Source: Myxococcales bacterium (GTDB taxonomy: Bacteria; Myxococcota_A; Polyangia; Polyangiales; DASUME01). Taken from it: 64,000 nt of DNA. Positions 1 through 9,231 of this stretch are shown in pieces. Under the pieces are notes generated by a model. That model did no database searches. It was not told the DNA's origin and saw nothing but the letters and a program-made list of their open reading frames with translations. The stretch spans positions 6,144,001 through 6,208,000 of the forward strand of contig JASGJH010000001.1 of NCBI GenBank assembly GCA_047601445.1, written 5' to 3'. The translations under genes and the position numbers were made by a program. Within the stretch, counting starts at the first letter, position 1. Every line of letters starts with the position of its first letter.

Positions 1-2
1 CA

Positions 3-1202
3 CCCAACTTTCGCTTGCTGACGGTGCCGATGACTCAGGTGGCCGACCGTACGCGTTGGCGCGACCTGGTCGCGGAGCCCAAGGCAGGACTGATCGACGA
101 TTTCGATGTATTCGACGGTTTTTTGGCCTACAGCGCGCACCAGGACGGCTTGAGTCGTGTGCACGTGAGGGCTTGGGCGAGCGGCAAGGATCGCGAGATC
201 GCCGTGCCCGAACCGGCCTCCACCGTGACCCTGGGCGACAACCGCGAGGCCGCGACCACCCACCTCCGCTACGAATACACTTCGCTGAATACGCCCGTCA
301 GCACCCTGCAGTACGAGCCCGAGACCGCGCGCAGCGAGCTCCTGAAGCAGGAGACCGTGCTCGGCAGCTTCCAGGCCTCCGACTACGCCACCGAGTACCT
401 ACGCGTCGCCGCGCGCGACGGCACCGTGGTGCCTGTTTCTCTCGTCTATCGCAAGGGGTTCGCGCGTGATGGCTCGGCGCCGCTCTATCAGACGGCCTAT
501 GGAGCCTACGGTGAGAACTCCGATCCCGAGTTCGACTCGGCGCGCCTCAGTCTGCTCAATCGCGGCGTGGTCTTCGCCATCGCCCACGTGCGCGGGGGGC
601 AAGAGCTCGGGCGCGCCTGGTACGACCAGGGCCGGCTACTCAACAAGCAGCGCACGTTCTCGGACTTCGTCGATGTTACGCGCTCGCTGGTGGCCCAGGG
701 CTACACGGCCAGCCAGCGGGTGGCGGCGCGGGGCGCGAGCGCGGGCGGGCTCTTGATGGGGGCCATCGCGAATCAGGCTGCGGGCGACTACCGGGTCATC
801 GTGGCGCACGTGCCCTTCGTGGACGTGGTGACCACCATGCTCGACGAGTCCATCCCGCTCACGACCAATGAATGGGACGAGTGGGGAGACCCTCGGCAAA
901 AGCCGTTCTACGAAGCGATGCTGGCCTACTCACCCTACGACAACGTGAAGGCTCAAGCCTACCCGGCGCTGTACGTCACGACCGGGTTGTGGGACTCGCA
1001 GGTGCAGTACTACGAGCCTCTCAAGTGGGTTTCCCGTCTGCGCGCGAAGAAGACCGACGATCAGCCGGTCATCTTGCGCGTCAACATGGAGGCCGGACAT
1101 GGCGGGAAATCGGGGCGCTTCGTGCGTCAGCAGCAGATCGCGGAGGAGTACGCTTTCGTGCTGCACGAGCTGGGCGTAAACGTGGGCGCCCCGAGTCCCT
1201 GA
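3..1202 (+). CDS. ptrB: Oligopeptidase B (S9A serine peptidase), 5'-truncated by the window edge
   Basis: GASAGG nucleophile elbow, HVRGGQELG, PFVDVVTTMLDESIPLT, WDSQVQY (Asp), AGHGGKSGRF (His); frame open to the window start. Confidence 0.9.
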   Translation, partial: PNFRLLTVPMTQVADRTRWRDLVAEPKAGLIDDFDVFDGFLAYSAHQDGLSRVHVRAWASGKDREIAVPEPASTVTLGDNREAATTHLRYEYTSLNTPVSTLQYEPETARSELLKQETVLGSFQASDYATEYLRVAARDGTVVPVSLVYRKGFARDGSAPLYQTAYGAYGENSDPEFDSARLSLLNRGVVFAIAHVRGGQELGRAWYDQGRLLNKQRTFSDFVDVTRSLVAQGYTASQRVAARGASAGGLLMGAIANQAAGDYRVIVAHVPFVDVVTTMLDESIPLTTNEWDEWGDPRQKPFYEAMLAYSPYDNVKAQAYPALYVTTGLWDSQVQYYEPLKWVSRLRAKKTDDQPVILRVNMEAGHGGKSGRFVRQQQIAEEYAFVLHELGVNVGAPSP

Positions 1203-2336
1203 TCAGTTACCGCTACCGCCCCAGGTTCCCGGCACGGTGACACCGTCGCCATCGGTGCCCGTGTCGTCGTCCGGGTCGGTCACGCCCTTCGGATCTTCCT
1301 CGATGTCCACCGTGAAGGTGAAGGGGGTGGTGATGTCCTCCTTCTTTCCGTTCACGTTGGTGGTGGTGATCAAGTTGCCGCTGATGCGGTAGCGACTGTC
1401 GGGGTCCGTCAGCACATACATGCCCTCGCCGGTCACGGTGACCGCGCCCAGGCGGATGCCCGAGCTCACGCCGGCGAAGGCGTGCTCGAGGCCCATGGCG
1501 TCCGACGCCTCGATGAAGGAGCCGCCGGTCTGCTCGGTCAACTCCGTAAGCTGCCTGTAGTCGAGCTGCTTGCCCAGGCCGATGGCGTAGATGGGGATGT
1601 GATTGTTCTGCGCCTTTTCGATCACGTCCTGGAAGTCATTGTCGTCATCGGCGATGCCATCCGTGAGCACCACCAGCGCCGGAATGCTCGAGTCCTGCTT
1701 GGCGATCAAGAGGTCGAGTCCCTCGAGGATGGACTCGTAGAGCGGGGTGCCGCCGTCCTCGGTCAGGCTGTTGAGGGAGGCGTCGAGCAAGGTGCGATCG
1801 TTGGTGAAGTCCTGCAGTACGCGTGAGTAGTCGAGCGGCGGGGTCGAGCTGGGTCCGAAGTCGAGCACGGACACCTGATCGTTCGGCCGGAGCACGTCGA
1901 ACAGGGCCTTGCCGCCCAAACGCCGACCCATGCCCTCCGGATCGTTGTCGGCCATGCTGCCCGAGCTGTCGAAGATCATTACGGCGCGCAGGGCTGCGTC
2001 GGGGTCGGCCTCGATGGTGTCCACCTGCTTGACCTGAGCGTTCACCGCGATGGGCGCGGCTTTGTCGTCATCGAGCGACTGCATGGTGACGTTCGCGAAG
2101 GAGAAGGCGCTCTTGGGCAGGTGCTGACCCACGAAGTTGCCCTTTGCGTCCTTGGGCGAGACGTCGATGCGAAGGTCGCCCTGGTTCGCGTAGAAGTGTC
2201 CGCTCGCGCCCACCAGCACGGCTTCCTTCACCTCCGCCGTCGGCTGGTCATTCTCGTCGCATGCCGCGCCGAACACCAAACCGGCCGTGAGAATCGACAA
2301 CACCTTGCGCGTCGCGCTGGATCCTTCGTTGAACAT
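1203..2336 (-). CDS. vWA-domain lipoprotein
   Basis: MIDAS motif DSSGS, GGTPLY, LVVLTDG; lipobox-like LVFGAAC; ATG at 2336 with GAGGA RBS preferred over the track start. Confidence 0.8.
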   Translation of the reverse strand: MFNEGSSATRKVLSILTAGLVFGAACDENDQPTAEVKEAVLVGASGHFYANQGDLRIDVSPKDAKGNFVGQHLPKSAFSFANVTMQSLDDDKAAPIAVNAQVKQVDTIEADPDAALRAVMIFDSSGSMADNDPEGMGRRLGGKALFDVLRPNDQVSVLDFGPSSTPPLDYSRVLQDFTNDRTLLDASLNSLTEDGGTPLYESILEGLDLLIAKQDSSIPALVVLTDGIADDDNDFQDVIEKAQNNHIPIYAIGLGKQLDYRQLTELTEQTGGSFIEASDAMGLEHAFAGVSSGIRLGAVTVTGEGMYVLTDPDSRYRISGNLITTTNVNGKKEDITTPFTFTVDIEEDPKGVTDPDDDTGTDGDGVTVPGTWGGSGN

Positions 2337-2628
2337 GTCCTCGTTCCTTTGATTGCCCGCAGGCTCGCTGCTGGTGGCGAACTGAACGTGCAGGACCGTG
2401 GTCTGCTTCACGTGAAATCGGGGTTGTTTGGGGTGACCTTGGCGGTGGGCGCAGCGGAATCCAGCGTGGGCGCGCGGCGCAGCGCGACCCTCGCGGCCCG
2501 CGATGCTTAACCGAGGTGGCCTTCGGATTGACCCGCATCACCCCGACCGCACAAAGGGCTTGCCCGCCATGGGGACGCGTACGACTCCTAGGCATTGCTC
2601 GGGAAACCGGGCTCGCCAGGACGAACTT

Positions 2629-4128
2629 ATGCAGAAATCGAATGCCTTGCTGATCTCGTGTTTGGCCCTTGCCCTGGGCTGCGGCAGCTCCGCCAAGCAG
2701 GGCGACGTCGCTCCTGCAGGCGGTGACGGCGATGGCGATGGCGACTCGGGCGACGGAGACGGCGACTCGGGCGACGGTGATGGCGACGGCAATCCGTCGA
2801 ATCCCGGCAATGAGTTTGGTGATGGGGATGGCGATGGCGATGGCGGCCCGAAGGTGCTGCCACCCTACGAGGGCGACGGCGATCCCTGGACGAAGCCTGC
2901 CCCGCGCGCCACCTGCGCCCCGGGCGACGAAGTCGACGGTCCGCTCTCGGGCGTGGACGGCAACCTGCGCTGCAACGTGGAGCTGCTGCACGATGTGGCG
3001 GCGCCTCACTACCTCTCTGTCGCGTGGTACCAGGACTGCGCGTACGTGAACGGCAACGACGGCACCACGGTGATCCAGGTCGCGCCCGACGGCACCGCCA
3101 CCATGACCGACTACCTCACCCAGGTGGGCTTCCGCAGCAACTGGGAGAGCATGAAGGCGAGCCCCGTGAGCGGTCTATTGGTGGGCTTCCAGTCCAACAA
3201 CCCGGGCTTGAGCGTGTTCGACGTGGCGGGCGACTGCGCGCACCCCGCGTTCAAGGGATCCACCGATCTCAACGGCGGTCTCGGACACGCAGGCAACTTC
3301 TCTCCCGACGGCACCATCTACTACGCGAGCTCCATGTTTAGCGCGACCGTGTATGCCGTGGATCTCGCCGATCCCACCAAGCCCACCGTGATGACTACGG
3401 ACTTCGGCGGCGTCAGTTCCCACGACTTGAACACCAACAAGGACGGCACGCGCGGCTACTTCGCTTATCCCAGGCTCGCCGCGGACGTGGGCCAGGGCAG
3501 CATCGCCATCATGGATCTGAGCGAGATCCAGGCGCGCAAGCCCAACCCCAAGGCCACCGTCATCAAGCAGTGGAATTGGGCCGACGGCGACACCAGTCAA
3601 TACACCATCCCGGTGAGCTTCCGCGGCAAGAGCCACCTCATCGTCTCGGACGAGATGGGCGCTCGCAATTGCCTCGACCCCAACAAGTCGATCTGGGGCT
3701 ACGCGCGCATCTTCGACATCAGCGACGAGCAGAACCCGAAGCTCGTGGCGCTGATCAAGACCGAGGCGCAGGATCCGGCGAACTGCTCGGCGGCAGGGCA
3801 ATCCACGGACTTGCCCTTCGGTGTGAGCACCCACTACTGCAACGTCGATCGTCCCGATGACCCGCGCTTGCTCGCGTGCGGCATCTGGCAGGGTGGGGTG
3901 CGTCTCTATGACATCCGCAACCCATGGCGCCCCAAGGAAGTGGCCTATTTCGACCGTATCGAGACCAGCGACACCCCCGGAAACGTGCCGGGCCTCACGC
4001 GCATCGTGGCGGAGAAACGCGAGTGGTGGCTGGCGATGACCCAGCTCAGTTCGGTCGGCGGCTCGGGCAAGTTCTACGTGCTCAAGTTCCCCGAGGGGGG
4101 CGTGGTCGATCAGATCCTGTCCGAGTAG
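2629..4128 (+). CDS. LVIVD-repeat (beta-propeller-like) lipoprotein with Gly-Asp linker
   Basis: Lipobox LALGC; repeats VYAVDLADPTKP, IFDISDEQNPKLV, LYDIRNPWRPKEV; start moved to ATG 2629. Confidence 0.75.
   Translation: MQKSNALLISCLALALGCGSSAKQGDVAPAGGDGDGDGDSGDGDGDSGDGDGDGNPSNPGNEFGDGDGDGDGGPKVLPPYEGDGDPWTKPAPRATCAPGDEVDGPLSGVDGNLRCNVELLHDVAAPHYLSVAWYQDCAYVNGNDGTTVIQVAPDGTATMTDYLTQVGFRSNWESMKASPVSGLLVGFQSNNPGLSVFDVAGDCAHPAFKGSTDLNGGLGHAGNFSPDGTIYYASSMFSATVYAVDLADPTKPTVMTTDFGGVSSHDLNTNKDGTRGYFAYPRLAADVGQGSIAIMDLSEIQARKPNPKATVIKQWNWADGDTSQYTIPVSFRGKSHLIVSDEMGARNCLDPNKSIWGYARIFDISDEQNPKLVALIKTEAQDPANCSAAGQSTDLPFGVSTHYCNVDRPDDPRLLACGIWQGGVRLYDIRNPWRPKEVAYFDRIETSDTPGNVPGLTRIVAEKREWWLAMTQLSSVGGSGKFYVLKFPEGGVVDQILSE
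2723..2847 (+). repeat. Low-complexity (Gly-Asp)n coding repeat
   Basis: GGCGAY/GGTGAY hexamer runs encoding GDGDGDGDSGDGDGDSGDGDGDG and GDGDGDGDG. Confidence 0.8.
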
Positions 4129-4153
4129 TCGACGCGATAAGCTGAAGCCCCCG

Positions 4154-5605
4154 ATGTCGCTCCCCCGCGCCCTCCTCGTTTCGCTGACGCTCGGCCTCGG
4201 GCTGGCCCCTGCGCGGGCGGCGCTCGCCAACGGACGCATGCCGGGCGCCAACGACGTGCTGTTCAACGCGGGAGACCCGCAGCAGTTGATCACCCGGGCG
4301 ACCTTCGGCATCGTGCAGAGCTTCGATCGCGGCGCTTCCTGGCAGTGGATCTGCGAGCAGGTCATCGACGTGAGCGGCGTGGTGGCAGATCCGCCCTTGG
4401 CCGTGATGTCCGACGGCACCCAGGTGTTGTTGCCACCCACCGGCAGTGCGCTCGTCAGCATGGACCACGGTTGTTCGTGGCAGCGCGCGCTCGAGCCTTT
4501 GGCCGGAAATCGCGGCGTGGATCTCACGCTCGACGCCAACGACCCCAAGCGTGTCTTACTCCTGATGTCCACGCTGGCCGAGGTCGACGCGCAGGGATTC
4601 GGCTCCTATCGCAACCTGGTGATCGAGAGTCTCGACGATGGCCATAGCTGGCACACGATGGCGACCTTGCCCGACGATCTGATCGCCGAGACCCTCGAGG
4701 TTGCGGCCAGCGATTCGCAGCGCATCTACGTGAGCGGCACCGACCGCAAGAACTCCCGGCTCGGTATCATCGAGCGCAGCGAAGACGGGGGACAGAGCTG
4801 GCAGCGCACCACGCTGGCCTTGCCTGCGGGAACCGGTAGCTTGCTGATCAGCGCCATCGCGCCGAACGATCCAGACCGGCTGTGGGTGCGCGTGCCGGCG
4901 AGCGGCGACACGCTGGGGCTGTTGCCGGCCAGCTTGATGGTGAGCGACGACAAGGGCGCAACCTTTCGGCTGCTGGCTTCCACCCAGAAGGCCATGTTCG
5001 GTTTGGCGGTCTCGCCCGATGGCAGCCGCCTGGCCTACGGTGGGCCCACCGACGGCTTGTTCGTGGGGCCTTCCGACGGCAGCGGTCCGTTCGAGAAGCG
5101 CGCCGACCTCGGCGTGCGTTGCCTGCGTTGGACCTCGGCGGGGGAGCTCTACGTGTGCGGCAGCGAGCCCCAGGACGCGTTCAGCCTGGGCGTCTCGCTG
5201 GATGAGGGCCAAACCTTCCGCGCGCTCTTTCGCCTCGCGGAGACCTGCCCCGCTAGCTGTGCAGCCGACAGCTCATTCGACGAGATCTGCGGGAACGCCT
5301 GGGGCATGACGCGGCCCTTCATCCGGGCTTCGGGCGCGATGTGCAGCGTGCCTTGGGCGGCGCCGGTGATGGACGCGGGGGCGGCTTCGGACGCTGGCAA
5401 CGGGTTGCTCGACGCGGGCGGCACTCCGTCACCGGACGCGGGCGAAGCCGAACCCGAACCCAAGTCCGGGGCGGAAGGTTGCTCCTGTCGCTTGGCGCCC
5501 TCGGAGCGACCCGGAGTGGCAGCGTGGGCCCTGAGCGCATGGCTCGGATTGGCCCTGCGTGCGCGCCGCCGCGCGCGGGTCGGGAGACGAGGAGGCCAGG
5601 CATGA
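4154..5605 (+). CDS. Secreted BNR/Asp-box repeat protein with MYXO-CTERM-like tail
   Basis: Signal peptide; repeated SxDxGxSW/TF Asp boxes; C-terminal GCSC, hydrophobic stretch and Arg-rich end. Confidence 0.75.
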   Translation: MSLPRALLVSLTLGLGLAPARAALANGRMPGANDVLFNAGDPQQLITRATFGIVQSFDRGASWQWICEQVIDVSGVVADPPLAVMSDGTQVLLPPTGSALVSMDHGCSWQRALEPLAGNRGVDLTLDANDPKRVLLLMSTLAEVDAQGFGSYRNLVIESLDDGHSWHTMATLPDDLIAETLEVAASDSQRIYVSGTDRKNSRLGIIERSEDGGQSWQRTTLALPAGTGSLLISAIAPNDPDRLWVRVPASGDTLGLLPASLMVSDDKGATFRLLASTQKAMFGLAVSPDGSRLAYGGPTDGLFVGPSDGSGPFEKRADLGVRCLRWTSAGELYVCGSEPQDAFSLGVSLDEGQTFRALFRLAETCPASCAADSSFDEICGNAWGMTRPFIRASGAMCSVPWAAPVMDAGAASDAGNGLLDAGGTPSPDAGEAEPEPKSGAEGCSCRLAPSERPGVAAWALSAWLGLALRARRRARVGRRGGQA

Positions 5606-6124
5606 AGGTCCGCATCACGCTGCTCGCGCTGGCGTTGTGCGCCTGTGCCGGCGACGAGAACGATTCACTTCAGGCGGGTTCGGACGTGGACGGCGCGGTC
5701 TACGAGGGCTGTGGCTCCACGCCAGCGTTCGCACTCGGCACGGTCGAGCGCGGCATGTCCGGGCAGATCGAGGCCGTATTGCTGGATGCCATGCCCAAGC
5801 CGCCCATGCGCTATCGCAACGACTGGACCGTGCAGTTCAGGAACGCCGACACGCACAGGGTGCTGCCTGACGCGGACATCACCATGGTGCGTCCTTTCAT
5901 GCCGGTGCACGGCCACGACGGAAACGTGCTGCCCACGGTGAGCCGAGGTGCCGACGACAGCTTTCGCATCGAGAACCTGAATCTCAACATGCGCGGCCCC
6001 TGGGAGATCCGAGATCCACGTGACCTCGCCGTGGCTCTCGCCCGACGCCTCTGCGCCGGAGGCCGACGCCTCTGTGTCGCTCGCGACCGACTACATCGTG
6101 TTTCATGTCTGCATCTCGGAATAG
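5602..6124 (+). CDS. FixH/YtkA-like lipoprotein with MPVHGH motif; one-base insertion near 6010
   Basis: ATGA overlap with the upstream gene; lipobox LALCAC; PFMPVHGH...MRGPWEI; removing one C at GAGATC[C]GAGATC restores IEIHVTSP...DYIVFHVCISE* ending at 6124. Confidence 0.7.
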
Positions 6125-7532
6125 CTCGCTGCACCTGCTGTGCCTAGCGCTGGTCGTCGCTTGCGGCGACCCCGAGCCAAACCAAGAGGCCGCTCCGCTG
6201 CTCACCCGCGAGCAACTGATGGACCCCACCCAGTGCAAGGACTGCCACCCCAAGCACTATCGCGAGTGGGCCAGCAGCATGCACGCCTATGCCAGCACCG
6301 ACCCGGTGTTCTTGGCGATGAACCGCCGTGGTCAGCGTGAGACCCAGGGCGCGCTCGGCGACTTCTGCGTGCGCTGCCATGCACCCCTCGCAGTGCGCGA
6401 GGGACTCACCAAGGACGGCTTGAATCTGGCCGACGTGCCGAGCTCCATGCAGGGCGTGACCTGCTACTTCTGTCACAACACGAGCTCGGTTGGAAACCAC
6501 GCCAACAACGATCTGCAGCTGGCCGACGATCGAACCATGCGCGGCGGCATCACCGACCCCAAGCGCGCCGGGGCCCACGACTCCGCGTACTCGAACTACC
6601 ACGATCGCAATGCCGGCCAGAGCACGAGCCTGTGCGGGAGCTGCCACGACGTGGTGACGCCGAGCGGCGTGGCCCTCGAGCGCACCTTTCAGGAATACCA
6701 AGCCAGCTTGTTCGCCCATGAAGGTCCCGGCTTCGAGACTTGCTCCGGATGCCACATGCCGGGTCGCACGGGCCAAGCCGCGAGTGGCGGCCGCGTAGAC
6801 CGCGTGGTGCACGAGCACCTGTGGCCAGGCGTCGACTTGGCGCTGAGCGAGTTCCCTGATCGCGAGGCCCAGCGTCTTGCTGTGGAGTGCAACCTGGCGC
6901 TCAATGCACGCATCTTCTCGTTCAGTGTGGATGGCGTGGGCGGGGTTTCGATCAAGGTGGAGACTGCGGCCGGACACGCGCAGCCGAGCGGTGCCGCCCA
7001 GGACCGCAGGCTGTGGCTCGAGGTGGTGGCCTACGATGCGAACGACAAGGTGCTCTTCGAGAGCGGCACGCTGGAGGACGGCGAGCTCGAGGACAAGGCA
7101 CCCGAGGATCCCGGCTACGATCGCAACCTCGTGCTGTACCGCGAGTGGCTGTACGACGCACAGGGGCAGCCCGTGCACATGTTCTGGGAAACGGCGGTGT
7201 CGAGCGCGTATCCGTTGGGCTATTCGAGCCTAACGTTGCCTGCGGCGGCCCGACTCAACGAGGCGCATTCGCTGGAAGCCCGCTACCTGCTGCCCAACTA
7301 CGAGCAGGTCACGCGCATCACGGCGCGCTTGCGCATGCGTGCGGTGGGCATGGATGTGCTGCAGAGCCTGGTGGACTCCCAGGACCTCGATCCCGCCGTG
7401 CTCGCCGAGATGCCCACCTTCACGCTGCACGGTGCCAGTGCCGAGTGGACCAAGGCCGACGGAATGCTGCGCTCGTTGTGGCCCGAGGATCTGCGCTGTC
7501 CGGACGACTACCGGATGCTGCTCGGAGAGTGA
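6105..7532 (+). CDS. Pentaheme cytochrome c lipoprotein
   Basis: Five CxxCH motifs (CKDCH, CVRCH, CYFCH, CGSCH, CSGCH); lipobox LVVAC; EWASSMHAYA. Confidence 0.9.
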   Translation: MSASRNSSLHLLCLALVVACGDPEPNQEAAPLLTREQLMDPTQCKDCHPKHYREWASSMHAYASTDPVFLAMNRRGQRETQGALGDFCVRCHAPLAVREGLTKDGLNLADVPSSMQGVTCYFCHNTSSVGNHANNDLQLADDRTMRGGITDPKRAGAHDSAYSNYHDRNAGQSTSLCGSCHDVVTPSGVALERTFQEYQASLFAHEGPGFETCSGCHMPGRTGQAASGGRVDRVVHEHLWPGVDLALSEFPDREAQRLAVECNLALNARIFSFSVDGVGGVSIKVETAAGHAQPSGAAQDRRLWLEVVAYDANDKVLFESGTLEDGELEDKAPEDPGYDRNLVLYREWLYDAQGQPVHMFWETAVSSAYPLGYSSLTLPAAARLNEAHSLEARYLLPNYEQVTRITARLRMRAVGMDVLQSLVDSQDLDPAVLAEMPTFTLHGASAEWTKADGMLRSLWPEDLRCPDDYRMLLGE

Positions 7533-7541
7533 GGCGTCACT

Positions 7542-8843
7542 TCACTCGCCTGGCAGGGTGCCGCTGGCGGTCTTGGGTTGGGGCTGTTCCCGGGCCTGAT
7601 TGCCGCGCACCCAGCGCGCGATGCTCTGCATGGCGCGCGAAACGGCGGAGCCCAGCGGCGGCACGGACTTGCGATCCTCTGCCGGCGGCGCCGACGAATT
7701 GCTCACGTGTTTGGGGCCGCTCTTGCGGATGGGCTTGGTGACCAGCGTGCGACGCGTGGTGCGTCCCGCGCGGCCGACTTCCGGCTCACTCATGCGCCGT
7801 GAGTGCTGCACGATCATCTTGCGGTACTCGCGCGAGCCCGGAAACATCGCATCGAGCCAGCTCCCGAGGGCCGCCCGCGGGATGTGCCCGAAGTGGCTCG
7901 ACATGAGCTGCTCGAGCGCGTTGCCGAAGGCCAGGGCGTCGGCGTAGCGGTCGTCGGGGTGGCGCCTGAGCGCGCGCATCACCACCTCGTCCAGATCGGG
8001 AGGCACGAAGTCGTTGTGCTTGGAGGGCGGGTCGATCTTGCCGAGCTCCACGCCCACGCTGGCCTTGGTCTCGGACTCGTGTGAGAAGAGCGCCCTGCCC
8101 GTGAGCATCTCCCAGGTCACCACACCCAGCGACCATACGTCAGTGCGTCGGTCGACCTCCTGGGCACGCACTTGCTCGGGCGACATATAGGCGCACTTGC
8201 CCTTGATGGTTCCCTCGGGCGTCAGCGGGCCGCCGCCGCCGCGCGCCACGCCAAAGTCGAGGATGCGCACCGTGCCGTCGTAGAGCAGGAACAGGTTCTG
8301 TGGCGAGATATCGCGGTGCACGATCTTGAGCGGCACGCCTTCCTGATCTTGCACCTCGTGGGCGGCGTGGAGCCCTTCGCAGAGCTTGGCCACCGTGCGC
8401 ACCAGGCAGCCCGTGGAGAAGTCCGAGCGATTGGCCGACATCAACGGGAACAGGCGCGAGAGCGGTTCGCCGACCAGATATTCCATGGCGAGAAAGGGCG
8501 AGCCGCCCGCGGTCCCCACGTCCCACAGCTTGCACACGTAAGGATGGTTGATGCTGGAGAGCACGCGGGCCTCCGACACGAACATGCGCACGAAGTCCGG
8601 GCGGTCGGTGAGGTGCGAGCGAATCGTCTTCAGCGCCACCGTGCGCTCGATGCCGGTCTCCTCGGTGCGTTGCGCAACGTAGACGGTTCCCATGCCGCCC
8701 GCGGCCAACTCGCAGACGAGTCGATAGGGCCCGAGTGCGCCCCGTGCGGGGCGAAACGAGGGCAGCTGGCCGTGCGCCACGAGGGACGTTCTTTCTAGCT
8801 CAATTGAGGTCCTCGTGCGCAGCGTGGCCGTATCCCAAGCCAT
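7542..8843 (-). CDS. Hanks-type Ser/Thr protein kinase, no obvious transmembrane segment
   Basis: GGMGTVY, VALK, HRDISPQN, DFG, YMSPE, DVWSLG; start at MAWD (8843) preferred. Confidence 0.9.
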   Translation of the reverse strand: MAWDTATLRTRTSIELERTSLVAHGQLPSFRPARGALGPYRLVCELAAGGMGTVYVAQRTEETGIERTVALKTIRSHLTDRPDFVRMFVSEARVLSSINHPYVCKLWDVGTAGGSPFLAMEYLVGEPLSRLFPLMSANRSDFSTGCLVRTVAKLCEGLHAAHEVQDQEGVPLKIVHRDISPQNLFLLYDGTVRILDFGVARGGGGPLTPEGTIKGKCAYMSPEQVRAQEVDRRTDVWSLGVVTWEMLTGRALFSHESETKASVGVELGKIDPPSKHNDFVPPDLDEVVMRALRRHPDDRYADALAFGNALEQLMSSHFGHIPRAALGSWLDAMFPGSREYRKMIVQHSRRMSEPEVGRAGRTTRRTLVTKPIRKSGPKHVSNSSAPPAEDRKSVPPLGSAVSRAMQSIARWVRGNQAREQPQPKTASGTLPGE

Positions 8844-9231
8844 AGAGCTCTCCCCCGGCGAGCTCCCCCTGAGCTCACGCAACCATGCTATCCGCCCGAC
8901 GCAAGCGACGTAAAGTGACCTGCCTCGCAGCATCTAGCTTTCTTGGGCAAGAATCTTTGCAGATCCAGCCTCGAACCAGCCTTTGTTAGGCTATTCAGTG
9001 CGACTGCGAGGGGCTCCGAAATCGCTCAGCTAAGCCGACGCGCCGTGCCCGAATCAGTGTTTGAGCACACTCCCTACAGCATCGCTCGTGTGAGATAGAA
9101 GCCGTTGCAAGTCGGGATATTTGACTTGAATCGGTCATTTGAGCAGTACGAAAATACTTTACACGGGCTGGCCGACGGGCTGCGACCCGGGTCGCCAAAG
9201 CAGCTCGTTTAGGCCATCAAGCAGGGGACGT

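Noticed and set aside
3..1202. S9 peptidase as a lasso isopeptidase or leader protease
   Set aside because: Typical PtrB motifs and more than 18 kb from the cluster
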